Made by a program: the position numbers and the translations under genes. Shown piece by piece: positions 38,383 to 52,414 of a stretch of 64,000 bases of DNA. The DNA comes from Vicugna vicugna (Eukaryota): assembly GCA_013265495.1 (NCBI GenBank), contig MU058065.1, positions 8,659,819-8,723,818 of the forward strand. Reading direction: 5' to 3'. The notes below the pieces were generated by a model. That model was not told the origin of the DNA, made no database searches, and worked only from the letters and a program-made list of their open reading frames with translations. Position 1 is the first letter of the stretch; each line of letters opens with the position of its first letter.

Positions 38383-40309
38383 AGAGGCAGAGTGGAATCC
38401 AAGGAGTGCCCCAAAGTTATCAGGAATCCACCATCTTCCTTGGTGAAGGCTTTGACTGGCTCATCTTCCATTCCATACCCTGGTGAACCAATCACTGTGG
38501 CTGAGGGGATGCAATTCCCTGGCTGGGGTCAAGAATGGAGAGAGAGGCTGTTGTATTACAGAAAGGATGTTGAGCAGGCATTAGGAGCTGTTCAATCAGA
38601 GGGATCTCACCAACCAAGGGTATAGGGTAGGGGTGGGTAGTTCTGAAGAAAAAGAAAACATTTTGTACATACCCAGTCCTTTGGTACTCAAAGGTGGGAA
38701 GGAAATGAGAGAAAGGAGAAACTCTTTAGGAGAAACAAGACTCTTGCTGGAATGTCCTATACACTCTTGCCACTGGAAATGAGCAGTTACAACAGTGGTC
38801 ACACCAGAGACCATATGCATCCAATAGGCGTATGTCCCATTAGCTTGATCTATACTACCTTCGAATCTCACAAAATTTTCCTTTGAGGAAAGTTTAGTTT
38901 TCTCATTGATTTAAAGTCAGTAATTTCTGTTCCTCTGAGCACAGAATTGCTTTTAATTATAAATGCATGACATTTAAAATTATTTAAATACAAATATTTT
39001 TACACCAAGGGGTGTGGAATGCTGGGTGTGGGATGTGGGGATGGAAGCAATGAATTTTTTCCTGTGCAGAAACCCTGCTGCACAGGGAAAAAAAAATTTT
39101 TTTTCCCTTAAGTCATCGTTCCGAAAGTCATCCCTCTCAGGGATGCTTGTTATTTAAAATTAAATGGAATTGGCATTTAGAGATTTTTGAATAATTTAGC
39201 TAGGCTTGTTTCAGTGATTACAAAATGGTTGCAGACGGGTCAAGGTCCCAGTCATGTCGGGGAATTAAGAAACATTATTTGTTTTCATGGTCACTGGTCA
39301 CCTGCCCTCCCTAATCTTACATGCTTCCACCACCACGGCTGCGACCCCCACTCCTCTCCATACAGGAAGCTCCTTGAGGACAAAGACTACCTTTTATTCA
39401 TCTCACTCCTGGTGTGGCCACTGACACCCTGCGTACACTGCATCTGTCTGTGTTGAGTTGCACTGAACACTGACACGTGGGGAGTCTGGACATTCAGGAA
39501 GGTAGAGAGTTCTGTGAATTCTCAGCAAACAAAGCTCCTTAGAACAAAGTCAGCAACATAACAACAACAGCTTTACAAATTTCTAGATGCACAGCTGCCA
39601 TTTTTGGCAGATGCATATGTTGAAAATCTTACACGAAGCTAATGCCCGTCAAATATTGGAAACCAACTCTGGGCAAAATTTGAAGTGTATTTTCTATATC
39701 CCCACTCTTGACTTTTTTAAAACCAGTTTTTCCAATAGTCCTTCCCTTTTTTGTGTTCAAATCTCCCCTTTTCATTCCTTCCTCTTATCAAAGTAAGAAA
39801 GGACCCCATTTTTAAGTTGTAAATTAATTGATTGTAACTTGGAATTGATGAATTTCATTTGAATTTTTCCTCTAGTATAAAAAGAAAGACTGTGTTACAC
39901 TCTGACAGGAAATGCAGGCATGAGTAGGCAGACGGGGGCAGTCCTTCTGTCCATCTCTAGGTGCCTTTTTCCTTCTCTCCCTCCCTTTCTGCTTTCCTTA
40001 CTGGGGAGTGGGTGGAAAGGGGTCAACATGAAGACCAACCCTACTAGTACAATGATTTTAATCCTTTGAGGGTGACTAGAGGGGATTAAACGGAAAAGGT
40101 GGTCATGGTCTTTTTTTCTACCCCAAACACCTACTTCTGGGACCTGAACAGGACTATGGAGGGTGACAGTCCATTTCTCTCCATATAGTTAAGTCCACCT
40201 TGCCTTACCCCAGTCACTTCAGGCACAGTCCCCTTCCTGGCCTCTTTTTCTTTCTTTTGAACACAGGCCCACCCCCTCTCTCAAATTTAACCCAAGTCTT
40301 TCCATCCAT

Positions 40310-40530
40310 GAGCTTTAACAAAAACTACCGTGTACCAATTCAGTCCAGCATCGTTAGGAGTTTGCAAACTTTATTACTTATCTGAATACAACCTTGCAAG
40401 ACAGGTTAATATTGTTTCCATTTTACTCCTGAGATTCAGAGAGGCTAGGGACATCCCCAAGGTCACAGCACCAAGTGGCCAAGTCCGAAAGCATGGGTCC
40501 TTCAGCTCCAAAGCCCAGGTCTCCCAGATG
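40310..40530 (-). mobile_element. MIR SINE
   Basis: ccattttactcctgagattcagagaggct...cccaaggtcacagc. Confidence 0.65.
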
Positions 40531-40589
40531 TGTTGTAATGTTGTCCAACAGTTTGGCATTCATTAAAAAAAAACTGATAACCTTTTCAT

Positions 40590-41430
40590 TCTGCTACCTC
40601 CCTAATCTGACATCTCGGATCACATCCTCTTATGTCATTTCTGCCCTCACTGAATGTCTCTGGGGCACTTCACATCCCACGTGATTAAAACCACTCCTAT
40701 GGTCCCAGTCTCCAATTCAATCAAGTCTGCTGCTTAAACTAGAAACCTAGGACCCTTGATTTTTCCCTTTGTTTACTCTCTTTTTTAAAAATTGGTCACT
40801 AAGCCCTACAGATCCTTTCTTCCACGTACACATATAGTGCAGATCTACTCCTGGACTCTCATGTTTCATTTTGTAAGAGTTCTAACTGTTCTCTCATTCA
40901 AACCTCCATGCTGCCATCAAAATATGTTTTTTTTCTAAAATATACACTGAATTACATCACTCTCTTGTTTATCAATTCACAGGATAAGGTCAGAATTCCT
41001 TAGCCTGGCATAGATCATCCTGTCCTATTCTTCCCTCCCACAGCCCTGACTCCTTGGCTGGTTCCCAACCCCCTTGGTCCTTTGAATCTATGCTTTCACG
41101 CCTGCTGAGCTTCTGTTTTCTTTTTCCATGTGGCCATCCCTAGTCACACACCAAATTCAAGTTCAAATGTCAGTCCTGCTGTAAAACCCTCCCTCACTTC
41201 TATGGAAAATCTGGTCCCCCTGCACTTCCACAGCTGTTGATACAGGGCTTGATGATAAGAATACAAATCATTGTATCTGGGGTGTCTGCTGCTAGTGTAC
41301 GTCACCCCACTAGAGTGAGAACCCTACATGGGCAGAGATCTAGTATCATCTGTGCTTGGAATTCAGACATCTTGCACTGTTTCAGGCATATGATAGATCC
41401 TCAATAAATATTGTTGCGCTGAACTCAACT
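40590..41430 (+). mobile_element. L2 LINE fragment
   Basis: Pyrimidine-rich L2 3' region ending ggcatatgatagatcctcaataaatattgttg. Confidence 0.65.
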
Positions 41431-41699
41431 GAAGTGTATCCAAGGCATAAACAAGGGTCTCACCGTGCCCACCGTCCATCCCGGTGCTTGTGATTTAAAT
41501 ACCTACTCCCAGTCAAGCTGAGGCCTGAGCAAAACAGGCAAGATCTCAAAGTCTGTTTTTTCTGTCTGTGACTTCATCTTTTTTTCAGTTCCCCTTTCCT
41601 ACCAGTAACAGCCTCTCTTCTCCTTTTAGATTCCCAGTGACCTCCTACATTTTTGCCCCATCTCTTTCCCCAAATCAGGAAGGATCTAGAGTCATCACT

Positions 41700-41900
41700 T
41701 GTATCGGAATGAAACTCGCAGCTCCGCTGCACGCTAGCTGGGATCCTAGGAAAGCTCTTAACCTGTCTGACACTGGCTCCTCATTTATAACACGGAGATG
41801 ACAGTACCTGCCTCCCAGGGTTGCCCCAGAGATTCAGGGAGAAACTCTAAGTAAAGCATTAGCGTAATCCCAGACACATAATAATGACTCAATTAATGCT
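41700..41900 (+). mobile_element. MIR SINE
   Basis: ctcttaacctgtctgac...cctcatttataacacggagatgacagtacctgcctcccagggttg. Confidence 0.7.
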
Positions 41901-42487
41901 GAAAGAAAACTGCCTTATTTACACTGAAACGTTAATCCTTCACAAAGCATTTACTAAAAAAAATTTAAAAATAAAATAAATAAAATAAAATACTATTCAA
42001 CTGTGGGATAAATCATCTCTCATAAAAGAAACCTATTTGTTTACCTAACATCCATTGATAACTTCTCGGTGTCTTGCTTCAGCCCCGGGAACTCAGGAGG
42101 AGAGACTGGATCCCAGCACTGGGGACTGGGACTTCTCACCGCTGTGTTAAGGGCAGCGGTTTAACGTGTTTCCAGATTTTAGAGGAGGGCACCTGGTACA
42201 GCCTAGTGAGTGATGCTGAGGGCAAGTTTCCCAAAGAAGGGGTCCACTTGGCCTGGCATCAGTCAGATGAGGGCAATCTTGTCAGAGGGAACATGAGCAG
42301 AGGGACAGAAGTCAGACAGGGTTTGACAGGAGAGGATAAATAACGAGTCATTTGGTTCAGCTGCAGCTTGGGTGTGTGTAGGAGGAGGTGAGTCGGAAAG
42401 ATGGGGCTAGAAAGATAAGCAAGTGGCCAAATCCTCAGGCGTAATAGCAAGTGGGTGGGGAAGGTGTGGGCTGGGGTTCTTCTAGCT

Positions 42488-42655
42488 CAGTAAATCTCAA
42501 CTGTATTTTGCATATTGGAATCACCGGGAGCTTTCAAAAATACCAAAGCCTAGGTCCCTAGACAATTATATATAAATCACTATGGGTGGGACTGAAGCAT
42601 TTTTTTTAATGCTCCCAAAGTGATTCTGATATGCAGCCAAAATTGAGAACCGCTG
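42488..42655. mobile_element. MER5A-like hAT transposon
   Basis: TIR-like ends cagtaaatctcaa / ttgagaaccgctg; ggaatcaccgggagcttt...gtgattctgatatgcagcca. Confidence 0.75.
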
Positions 42656-42775
42656 TATAATCTAGTCCCTGAAATCATACCAACCCAAATTTGGCTGCGA
42701 AGGTAACAATGTGATTGCAAACCTTTAGAACGGGAGGGAGACTGAAAGCACAGCTGATCCTACCCCTGTATTTTC

Positions 42776-43680
42776 TTAATTAATTAATTAATTAATTAAT
42801 TCCTTATTGTAATAAAATATACATAACATAAAATTGATCATTTTACCATTTACGAGTGTACAGTTTAGTGGCATTAAGGATGCTCACATTGTTGTGCAAC
42901 GATCATCATCACCATCCATCTCCAGAATTTTTCATTATTCCAAAAGGAAACTCTGTACCTGTTAAACACTAACTCCCCATTCCTCCCTTCCTAGCATGTG
43001 TCAGAATTTCCTTCCTTCTTAAGGTTGACTAATATTTCCTATTTTGATCCATTCATCCGTCATTTGGGTTGCTTCCACCATTTGTCTATTGTGAATACTT
43101 CTGCTATGAACATGGGGTGTACAAATATCTGTTGGAGTCCCTGTTTTCAATTCTTCTGGGTATATGCCCAGAAGTTGAATTGCCAGATCAGATGGTAAAT
43201 CTATTTTAATTTTTTGAGGAACTTCTATACTGTTTTCCACATTGGCCACACCATTTTACATGTCCATCAGCAATGCACAAGGGTCCCAATTCCTCCACAT
43301 CCTCACTAATACTTATTATTTTAATAGCCATCCTAATGGGTGTGAAGTGGTAGCTCTTTGAGGTTTTAATTTGCATTTCCCCAGTGATCAGTGATGTTGA
43401 ACACCTTTTCATGTGCTTATTGGCCATCTGGAGGAATCTCTAAGTCATTTGCCCATTTTTCAATTGAGTTGTTTTTTGTTATGGAGTTGTAGGAGTTCTT
43501 TATACCTTCTGGATATTAATCCTTTATTAATTATATGATTTGGAAATATTTTCTTCCACTCCATGGGCTGTCTTTTCACTTTGTTGATGGTGTCCTTTGA
43601 TGCACAAAACTTTTCAGTTTTGATGAAGTCCCATTCATCTATTTTTTCTTCTGTTGCCTGTGTTTCCGGTGTCATAACCC
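42776..43680 (-). mobile_element. L1MB-like fragment (ORF2 C-terminus plus 3' UTR) with a (TTAA)n tail
   Basis: Minus ORFs WDFIKTEKFCASKDTINKVKRQPMEWKKIF and [14 protein letters not shown] are L1 ORF2. Confidence 0.9.
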
Positions 43681-43694
43681 CTGTGTTTACAGAT

Positions 43695-44112
43695 GTGCAC
43701 ACTCAGTTCCACAGGTTGGGCTCCCCAGGTAGCAGATGGAAATGGAGACTGGTGCTCGTAGTGTATTGGGTGCTCTTGGTGCTCTTGGCATCACCACCTG
43801 CGGAATGGAAGCACAGGAAGCATGGGCAGAGGGAGAAATGGGCTTTGGTGAAGTCTCAAGGGAAGTCTCAGCTGTGAAGCTGAGATGAACCTTCAGAGAT
43901 GTTCTTCGTTGGAGTGAGAGCTATGGCCTTTGTATGTGACCAGTCACTGGATACAGGGTGCTACAAGAGGCTGTGATTGAGGATGAGGCAATTCTAAAGA
44001 AGGCTGACAGCTGAGGACTGTTGGCTACCAGGACTCCTGGCATTTGGGAGAAATAAGGCCTTCATTCCTGGAAGGGGATCTGGGTGGGTGACATATCGCA
44101 TCACCTACTATA
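43695..44112 (-). mobile_element. ERVL solo LTR (LTR16A-like)
   Basis: gggcagagggagaa...ccttcagagatgtt...gaccagtcactggatac...gaggcaattc...gaaggggatctgggtgg. Confidence 0.75.
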
Positions 44113-47100
44113 GTCCAAAGAGGTCTCCTCTTGCTTGCTTTGGCCTCCTGGTGTTGGGGTGCCACTGGCACATCGCTATAATTTAGAGAGGAATCTAAGG
44201 TCTCCAGGAATCTCCAACCTATTCTCACAGACCCACCCTACCCCACCCTTCTTCACTCTTCACTTTGCCATCCCTGGTCTCTCTCTTCCCCACTCACAAC
44301 ATAGCAACATTTACTGTTGTGTTCATTTGAAGACTGCAGTCTGACGTCATGGTCCAGAGTTCTTGCCACCCCAATCCTTTCATTGCCCAAGACACAATGA
44401 GCAGGAATGGACGCAGAAAGCAGTTGCCCCAGTCCTGGAGCATGGGTGGATGGGATCAGGGTACAGCAGAGGGATGTTGGGCTAAACTACTTAGGCACAG
44501 AGAACCCCAGGCCAGGAGCATGGACTCAGGTACTGAGGGGCAGATACTGAATCAAATAAGCATGTACATGATAAGAAAGTTAGGAACAAAAAAGAATGAT
44601 AGTTAAGTAGTACTTGGCATTAAGGACATAAATGATGACCTTAGTTTTGGATGTTAAATAAATGGAAAAATGAGAAGAAAAAAATTCGTTAGTATTTATG
44701 TCCAAATATTATGCAGTGCAGTAATTCAGTACATAATAAAATGTGTTCAAACTTAAATGTGTTCAAATTAAATCCCATCTCAAGTTGTATTTGATCAGAA
44801 CGGTAAACTCTTACATACAAACATGGGGTTCGAACTGCGATTCATATAATACGGAGAGCTGCTCACAACCTGAGAACATCAGAGGGAACGCTCCCTGCAG
44901 TGCATCCTCTTTCAGGTTGAAGAAAACTGTGCTCTTGGATCCCTCCGGCAGCCGCCTTGGCTGTCACAGTTCCTAACCCTTAATTCTACTTGTTTCTCAT
45001 AAAAATTTCTCCTTAATAATCTTACCTGTGCATTGTAACTACATTTTGTGACTTTTTTCCTAAAAATAATTTTTAGAATACTTAAGTAATTGGACTTATG
45101 AACATTTCAATTCCTAGCTCTTAAGTAGCCCACTCCACTTCAGTTTTAATTAAAGCCAGCTACCCAAGGGTCTTCCCAAGGCCTTTCTGTCATGTGAAGT
45201 TAGATTCCATTTGGAGGGTCAGTAACTTATCTTTTTTTTTTTATTCCTGAGAAGGTATTGTTTGTTTGAAAATTGTTTAGGCTAATCCAGGTGAAGGAAC
45301 AAAGGGTGGATTTTATATTCTTTCTTTCCCTTTCTAGTTCTGTGGTTCTAAGGATTCCAGAATTTTCCCCACTCCCACCCTGCCAGATCCGACCCTTACC
45401 CTCACCCAAACTAAATCACCTCTATCAGAGAGACTAGGAAAATACACTAACGATTGAAAAACATTTCACCCGCACAGTCTTTCCATTTGGCCCCTGTTTA
45501 ATTTCTGAGGGTCATTTCCATTTCTTGTTCTGACACTATTTGTACTCTCTACATTCTCAGACTAAGAGAACATAATGTTTCTCTGGGGAAATTTACTCAG
45601 AATAAGCCCCCAAATGCAAATTCTCTGAAAAATAATAGGGTTATACATTTTTAGAAAAACAAGTTTTGATATGTCCTTTAGGCTAGAGTCGCTCCTCTTA
45701 GGACAGCCATGTGGGAACTGAATGAGCTCTTTCGTTGCAGTACTGCCTCCTTTATCCTCATCACTATGACTGTTGCTATTAAGATTTTAGCTTACATTTT
45801 TATGATTCAATCTTGGAAATGGTTCTTATATTCTCATGATCATTTCCTTAATTGTTTCTGTTTTTCAGGCTTTTACGACGACATTAGCTTTGTCCTTTCT
45901 TGAAACTGCCTGAAAATCAGGACTTAAATTTTATTGTCAAGTAGCTAAATGGAAAATCCCTCTCCTGAGGTTCTTAGGGAGGCCACACGAGAAGCCTCCA
46001 AGGACACGCCGTCTCACTGTGCAGCCAGGTCAGAGCCCGAGACCTGAGCAGGCGCTCCACTTTGCTTGCAGCTGATCAGTGTGATGACTCATCAAGTCCG
46101 TAGCAAGCCATCCTGCCTTTCCACTGCTTTGTTTGTCTCACTGTTTGCTCAGCGTGGCCCAAACTAAAATCACGTCTCATCTCCTTTTGTCTTTCAGTTC
46201 TTCATCCTTTGCCAGGTGTTCTAGGTGGTTCCTTTGTCCTTACCATCAGTTTCTAGCAGTTCTTGAACTCTCCAAGTTAGCATGGAACACCACAAATATA
46301 TTTCTCATAGAGATGAATGGCATTTCCTGAGAAACACCCAAATTCCTTCACCGAGATCCGAAAAAGGTATAGTACTGAAGTGAGTTTTCATGTATCCCAA
46401 TCCCTTTCTCTTCCACCATCCCTTCTCCCCCCAACTTCCACTGAGAAGTTATCAGGTAGGGATAAATGATGCCATCTTTAGACAGAGGAGATAATTCCCA
46501 ATTGCTTAACTTCTAACTTATTCAGTGATTGAGTTATAGTTTCATCTGAAAGCAGTTCTTTTAAAGTTCTTTTTATTCCCACAATTCTTGCCTTAAATGT
46601 TGGGAGCTGGCAGAATGGAAAGATATAGCAAAGAATAATCTCTCTTCTGTCAGAGGCAACAAAGTTGGCTCTCAATTCAAAGAGCAGAATTGGTCTTGCT
46701 ATTAAGACTCAGAGCATAGCCCATTCGTTACCTGGCTATGAAAGCAATATGATGTGGACATCAAAGATTTTTTTTTAATGTTATGGTTTGCTTTTCAGAT
46801 TGTAATTGTCATATATAAATAATGCAAGGCTGAGCAGAGTCAACCTGGGTGTGTGCAGGGTCAGTTCCAGAAACAGAAGACACGTGGTATTTCTATTCTG
46901 ACATTTAAGGGGTCCATGGGGCAGCCAAGGGCAGTGCTTATTGTCCCTAGACACTAAACAGAGCTAAAAGCAAAGTGCTAAAAGTTGAAAGTGAGAGATG
47001 AATACTGGCCACTAGGGAAAATGGCATGTTAATAGGCAATAGGAAGTTGGAAAATAAAGAACAGAAGTTAGAGAATGGAACCAAAGCCAGTCAGTTAATT

Positions 47101-47774
47101 CTGCCACAAGGCATCTTCCATGGCTGGGACTGTTTTTACCGGGGTGACCAGAACTGCACTGGCTCTTGGGCTTCAGCTTCTTAAAGGCACTACTCAGCAC
47201 CCAGTAGCTCTCACACAGTAACCTGGTGATGCTTATCATCATCATCATTATAATCAGCACCATCACCACCAAATCAGCAATTCTTTTTCCAGGATGCAGA
47301 GCAAGTCCTGATTTGCCAGATCCCCTGAGAACCAAACTTTCATTTGGATTTGATCATGTCTTAGAAGTTTGTTGAGATGATTTTCTGGAGTTGACACCTT
47401 TACTGACTTCCTGCAGCTTACTTTATATAACGTCCATGGCATATGTGCTATTAAAGTTTGTGCACAAATGTACTGCATCCTACAAGCATAAGGACAGTGT
47501 GGAGAGAAGTTATTTTATTTACCTGCAACAATTAGTTGTTTGCTTTCATGGGGTGAGAGATAAAGAGGAATGCTTGGGAGATAGGAAAAGAGAGATACAG
47601 AAGAGTTCCTTCTGCAACATGCAGCCTTTCCCAGAAAAAAATAGATAACCTGACTCTAGTGGGCATTGTTTCTATATCTTATTATGTTATTGAAGAGGAC
47701 ATAAAGTCACAAAAGAACTCTTAGATCTTATTAGTTTAAACAATTCGGCCCTGCCCATCAATGGCATTTAAAGA

Positions 47775-49750
47775 GAACTACCTAGGGAACTTCCTGAACC
47801 TGATAAAGGTCCTCTGCAAAAAGTCCACAACTAAAACAGACATGATGGTGAAAGAGCAGATGCTCTCCCCCTAAAGTTAGGCAACAGGATACCCATTCTT
47901 GCCGTGTCTGTTCAACATCCCGCTAGAGGCTCTCGACAGGTAAATTAGGCACAGAAAAGAAACAGAAGGCATTGAGATTGGAAAGAAAAAAGTAAAGTTA
48001 TCTCTATTTGTAGATAACATGTTCTTGTATATAGAAAATCCTAAGGAATTTACTAAAAAAATTGCTAGAACTAATAAACCGTGTCTAAGGTTTCAGGATA
48101 CAAGTTCCATGTACAAATATCAATATATTTCTGTACACTAGCAAATGAACAATGCGAAAGTGAAACTAAGAAAACAATTTCATTTCCAGTAACATCAAAA
48201 AGAATAAAATAGGAACAAATTTAGCAAAGTAAGTAAAAAATTTGCACACTGAAAACACTTAAAAACATCACTGGAAGAAACTGAAGAAGATCTAAATTAA
48301 TGGAAAGACACCGCAGGTTCATGGATTGGAAGACTTAATATTGTTAAAGTGGTGATATTCCTTAAATTGATCTGCAGATTCAATGTAATACGTATCAAAA
48401 TTCCAGCTGGCTTTTTTGCAGAAATTGTCTCACACTGCTCCATTTCAAAACTTACTATAAAGCTACGGCAATCAAGACTGTGTAGTAGTAGCATAAAGAT
48501 AGACATTTAGATCAACAGAATCAACTGAGAGTCCAAAAACAAACCCTCCCATTTATGGTCAATTGATTTTCTATAAGGAAACTAACCAAGACAATTCAAC
48601 AGAACGACTAGTTATCTGCACACGAAAGAAGAAGTTGGATCCTGACCTTGCATAGTATAGAATAATTATCTCAGAATGAATCAAAGACCTAAATATGAGT
48701 CAAAATTACAAAACTCTTCAAATTAAATATAGGAATAAATCTTTGTGGCCTTGGTTTAGGCAATGGTTTTTAAATATAACACCAAAAGCCCAAGCAACAA
48801 CAAAAGAAGAGAAATTGGACACCATCAAATTTAAAAACTTTGGGGGTTCACTTCAAGAAAGTGAAAAGATATGCATAGAACGGGACAAAATACTTGCAAA
48901 TCATTTATCTGTTAATGGACTTTTACCAGAATATATAAAGAATTCTTAAAATTTAACGATAAAAGAGAAATAACCCAATTAAAAACAGGCAAAGGACTTG
49001 TATAGATATTTCTTCAAAGAAAATATACAAATGATCAACAAACACATGAAAAGATGCTCAACACCATTAATCATTAAGGAAATGCAAATCAAAATCATAA
49101 TTAGATAGCACTTCACACCCTCCAGGATGGCTATAATAAAAAATTTGGACAATAACAAGTGTTGGCAAGGATGTGGAGAAATTTGAACCCTTAGTCTTTA
49201 TTGGTGGAAATGTAAAATGATGCAGTCATTTTGGAGAAGACAGTTTCAATTCCTCAAAAAGTTAAACACAGAGTTACCATACAATCTAGCAATTCTACTT
49301 GAAAATATATTTTCACACAAAAGCCTGTACACTAATATTCATAACAGCATTATTCTTAGTAGCTAAAAAGTGGAAATAACCCAAATATCCTGATGAATAG
49401 ATAAACAAAATCCATAATTGGCATATTATTCAGCCATAAAAAGGGATGAATATGGATGACCTTTGAAAGCATTACTCTGAATGAAAGAAGCCAGACACTA
49501 AAGACCACTTATTGTATGAGTCCATTCATATAAAATGTCCGGAAGAGGCAATTTCATAGAGACAGAAAGTAGACTAGTAGTTGTGTGGAGGAGAGGCACT
49601 GGGGAGTGACTGTTAATGGGCATGGGGTTTCTCTTGGGGCCGATGAAAACGTGGTCATTGTACAACTTTGCGAATATACTAAAAGCAATGAATTACACAC
49701 TTTCAAAGGGTAAACTTTTTGGTATGTGAATTACATTTTAATAAACCTGT
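47775..49750 (+). mobile_element. Old L1 (L1MB-like): decayed ORF2 RT region to 3' UTR
   Basis: tctctatttgtagataacatg (decayed FADDM) at about 48000; L1MB-type 3' UTR atagagacagaaagtagactagt...ggtatgtgaattacattttaataaa. Confidence 0.9.
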
Positions 49751-49754
49751 GATA

Positions 49755-49830
49755 AGAAGGAAAAAAAGAACGAGAGAGGAAGGGAAGGGATGAAGGGAGG
49801 GAGGGAGGGACCGAGGGAGGAAGGAAGAAA
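49755..49830. repeat. GA-rich/(GGGA)n simple repeat at the L1 tail
   Basis: Direct observation. Confidence 0.8.
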
Positions 49831-51868
49831 AATACAGAGCTGTACAGATGCTAGTCTGGGATAGTTCAGGTCAGCATCATCCCTGACGGCTTCAGTGCTG
49901 TCAGGTATTTGGATTTACTAGCTTGTGTTCAGTTGTGCTTTTTCCTCCCCACTACCTTTTTTTGTTTTCTAAGTGTTGAGGCTTCCATCCAAGTCATCCT
50001 GCCAAAAAGATTCTCAAACATGTGTTTCCAACATATCTGAGTTCATGGCCAAATGCTCCGGATTCAGCTAAGAAGTCATCTCCAAATTCACTTTGGTTAT
50101 GGATTAATAGACAAGGGGACCTCCAGAGACCCAAATATTTCTCTTTTTCAAACATGTGTTCAATTGATGATAGGTTCCCTTTAGTGCCAGGTTAACCTGA
50201 AAATAATAATCAATCTGAAAATTAGAATGAATACCAAATGGAATGAAATACACACTGACATTCAAACATACCTTGAGGAATGCCCTTTCATATTACCACA
50301 TTAAGAGTATATAAAAATAAAAAAGAACTGTACCTGTATAGTGATTTTCGGTAGTTATGCAGCACTCTTCTTTTGAATTGCTCAGAATGCTTCATATCAT
50401 CTACTTTAGCAGTTGTCACAACATCCTTGTAGGTGGCAAGCACTGTACTAACAGTGCAATACAACTGCAGGTCAGACAGCCCAGGGACACTTAGTTATCA
50501 CATGAGGTCTAGAGCGTAGGTGGGCGTGAAATCCAGATGGTCCATCTAATGATGCTTCATCCACATCTGACTGGAGTGACATCTTCTTGGACTGATAACC
50601 TCTTTCACCAATGATGGTTTTGAGTTCCTATTATTCTGGATTTTCCAAGCGTGTCTGCCATTTCCTAAACAGATGGTCAGTATCACACAATATGACTGTT
50701 TTTGATGGTAATAGAAATTACATGGCTAACATTTCCTGAAAAAAACTGGATTAGATATTGAAAACTGGACCTTGGGGTTTTTTAAATTTGATTTCCTGTT
50801 TCATTTCCAGAAAAGCAATAGGAATATTGAAAACTCTATACAGAATATTTTGACATGGCTTAGTATCTACATCTGTTATACGGCATACAATTTGAGGATT
50901 TTAGATGGACCTGTAAGACAAGAGACGCTTCTTTTAGACAGCAAAAATAGAGAGGGCAAGAGCACAGTCAGTTTCATTCGTACAACAGTTTGGGCCTTAG
51001 TTTCCTCATGTGTAAAGTAAAAGTTTGTACTAGCTGATCTCTTTAGGTCCCGTGCAGCTATTTGATTTGATGTCTGTGATGTTCTCTCTGATCAACTCAA
51101 AGCTTAGGCAGGGATACGTGCGTAGGGACAGCATCCAACTTATTTATTTCCCAGGATATTTCCCAGGTGTAGCACAGTGCCTGGCACACAGTCTGTGCTC
51201 AAAAATACCTTCTGAATAAATACATGTCTACAATATTTTTTTTTATAAGACTTTCCTTGACTGTGAAGCACTACAGTTGAAGTTAAATTTATCATAACAA
51301 CCCCTCCCAGGAACTTATCTGTTGCATTGCTAATATGTTTTTATTTTCCCAGATTTCTTTCATTCCTAGTTAATCTGACTGACCACTCACAAAAGGATAC
51401 TAAGCTTTGAAGATTTCCAAAAACCTCTGGTGAGGAAATTTTTATAAGCGCCCCGTATTTCTCACTACATTTTAAAAGGTTATTTATATCTGCAGTATTT
51501 TTGGCATTTTAACAAATAATAACATATTCATATTATATCAACACTTACTTCATTGTTTTTCTTTAAAAAGTTCTTTTTAAAAAATTCCAACATCTTCCCT
51601 GGTTTTATTTCCTTCATCTCCATTAGTTACCAGTGCCGACTCTTATTTTTATTGCCAATATTCCTCCAGAAAACTTAGAGGAGATGACCTATTTGTCCTT
51701 GATTTCTGCTTCCAAAGATGCTTCACCAAAGAATAGGAACTCCTTATAGAATGCATACGTTTTAGGGGCATCTGTCTCTGTCTTTAACTTGACAAAAATA
51801 AAATAATAAAGTTATGTATTTCCTTCACACATTTAAAAGCCAGAAATAGATTTAGACGTACATTTTTC

Positions 51869-52025
51869 AACCCGAGTGCCAATTTAACAAGCAGAGCGAA
51901 CCAGACTGCGGCGAGGACGCCACGGCCGCCACCCACGCCTGCGCCTTCCCTCCCCCCAGGCCCAGCCGCCCGCAGCCCCCCAGGAGCCCACCAGCTGCTC
52001 CCCTGGCAGCTGCAAGCCCGCCTCT
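51869..52025. promoter_or_regulatory. Small CpG-rich patch, candidate promoter/enhancer
   Basis: 12 CpGs in about 150 bp against a CpG-depleted background; CCAAT at 51879-51883; GC-box ccgccc; no repeat similarity recognised. Confidence 0.4.
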
Positions 52026-52414
52026 GGGACTGTTCCTGGGACTCATTAAAATCATAGCATCATAGTGTGTCTTTGGACCAGCTCTTTGACACCACTGAAT
52101 TTCTGCAAATGATTTACTCGGTTTCAGCCTCTTCACACTTCACCATCGGGAATGGATAGGGACTAACTGACTGCCGCGACCTCCGGGGCACAGTCAGCCT
52201 CCTCCAATGAAAGCAGAGGTCAAAAGATGCGTTCCAGGTGCCCACAGAGATGGGCCTGACGGGGAGGTCCATCTGTTACTGATTTTTCACCCTTCAAGGA
52301 AGGAAACCTCCCAGACTTCTGAGAATTTAGAACCCAACAGTACAACATGGTTTTAACTAGTAATATATTTGCTACACATTTTTCCTTAGAAGATATAAAA
52401 TCAGTTCTGTAATG

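Noticed and set aside
44350..44600. Possible additional old LTR fragment
   Set aside because: I could not identify termini, a TSD or a family with confidence.
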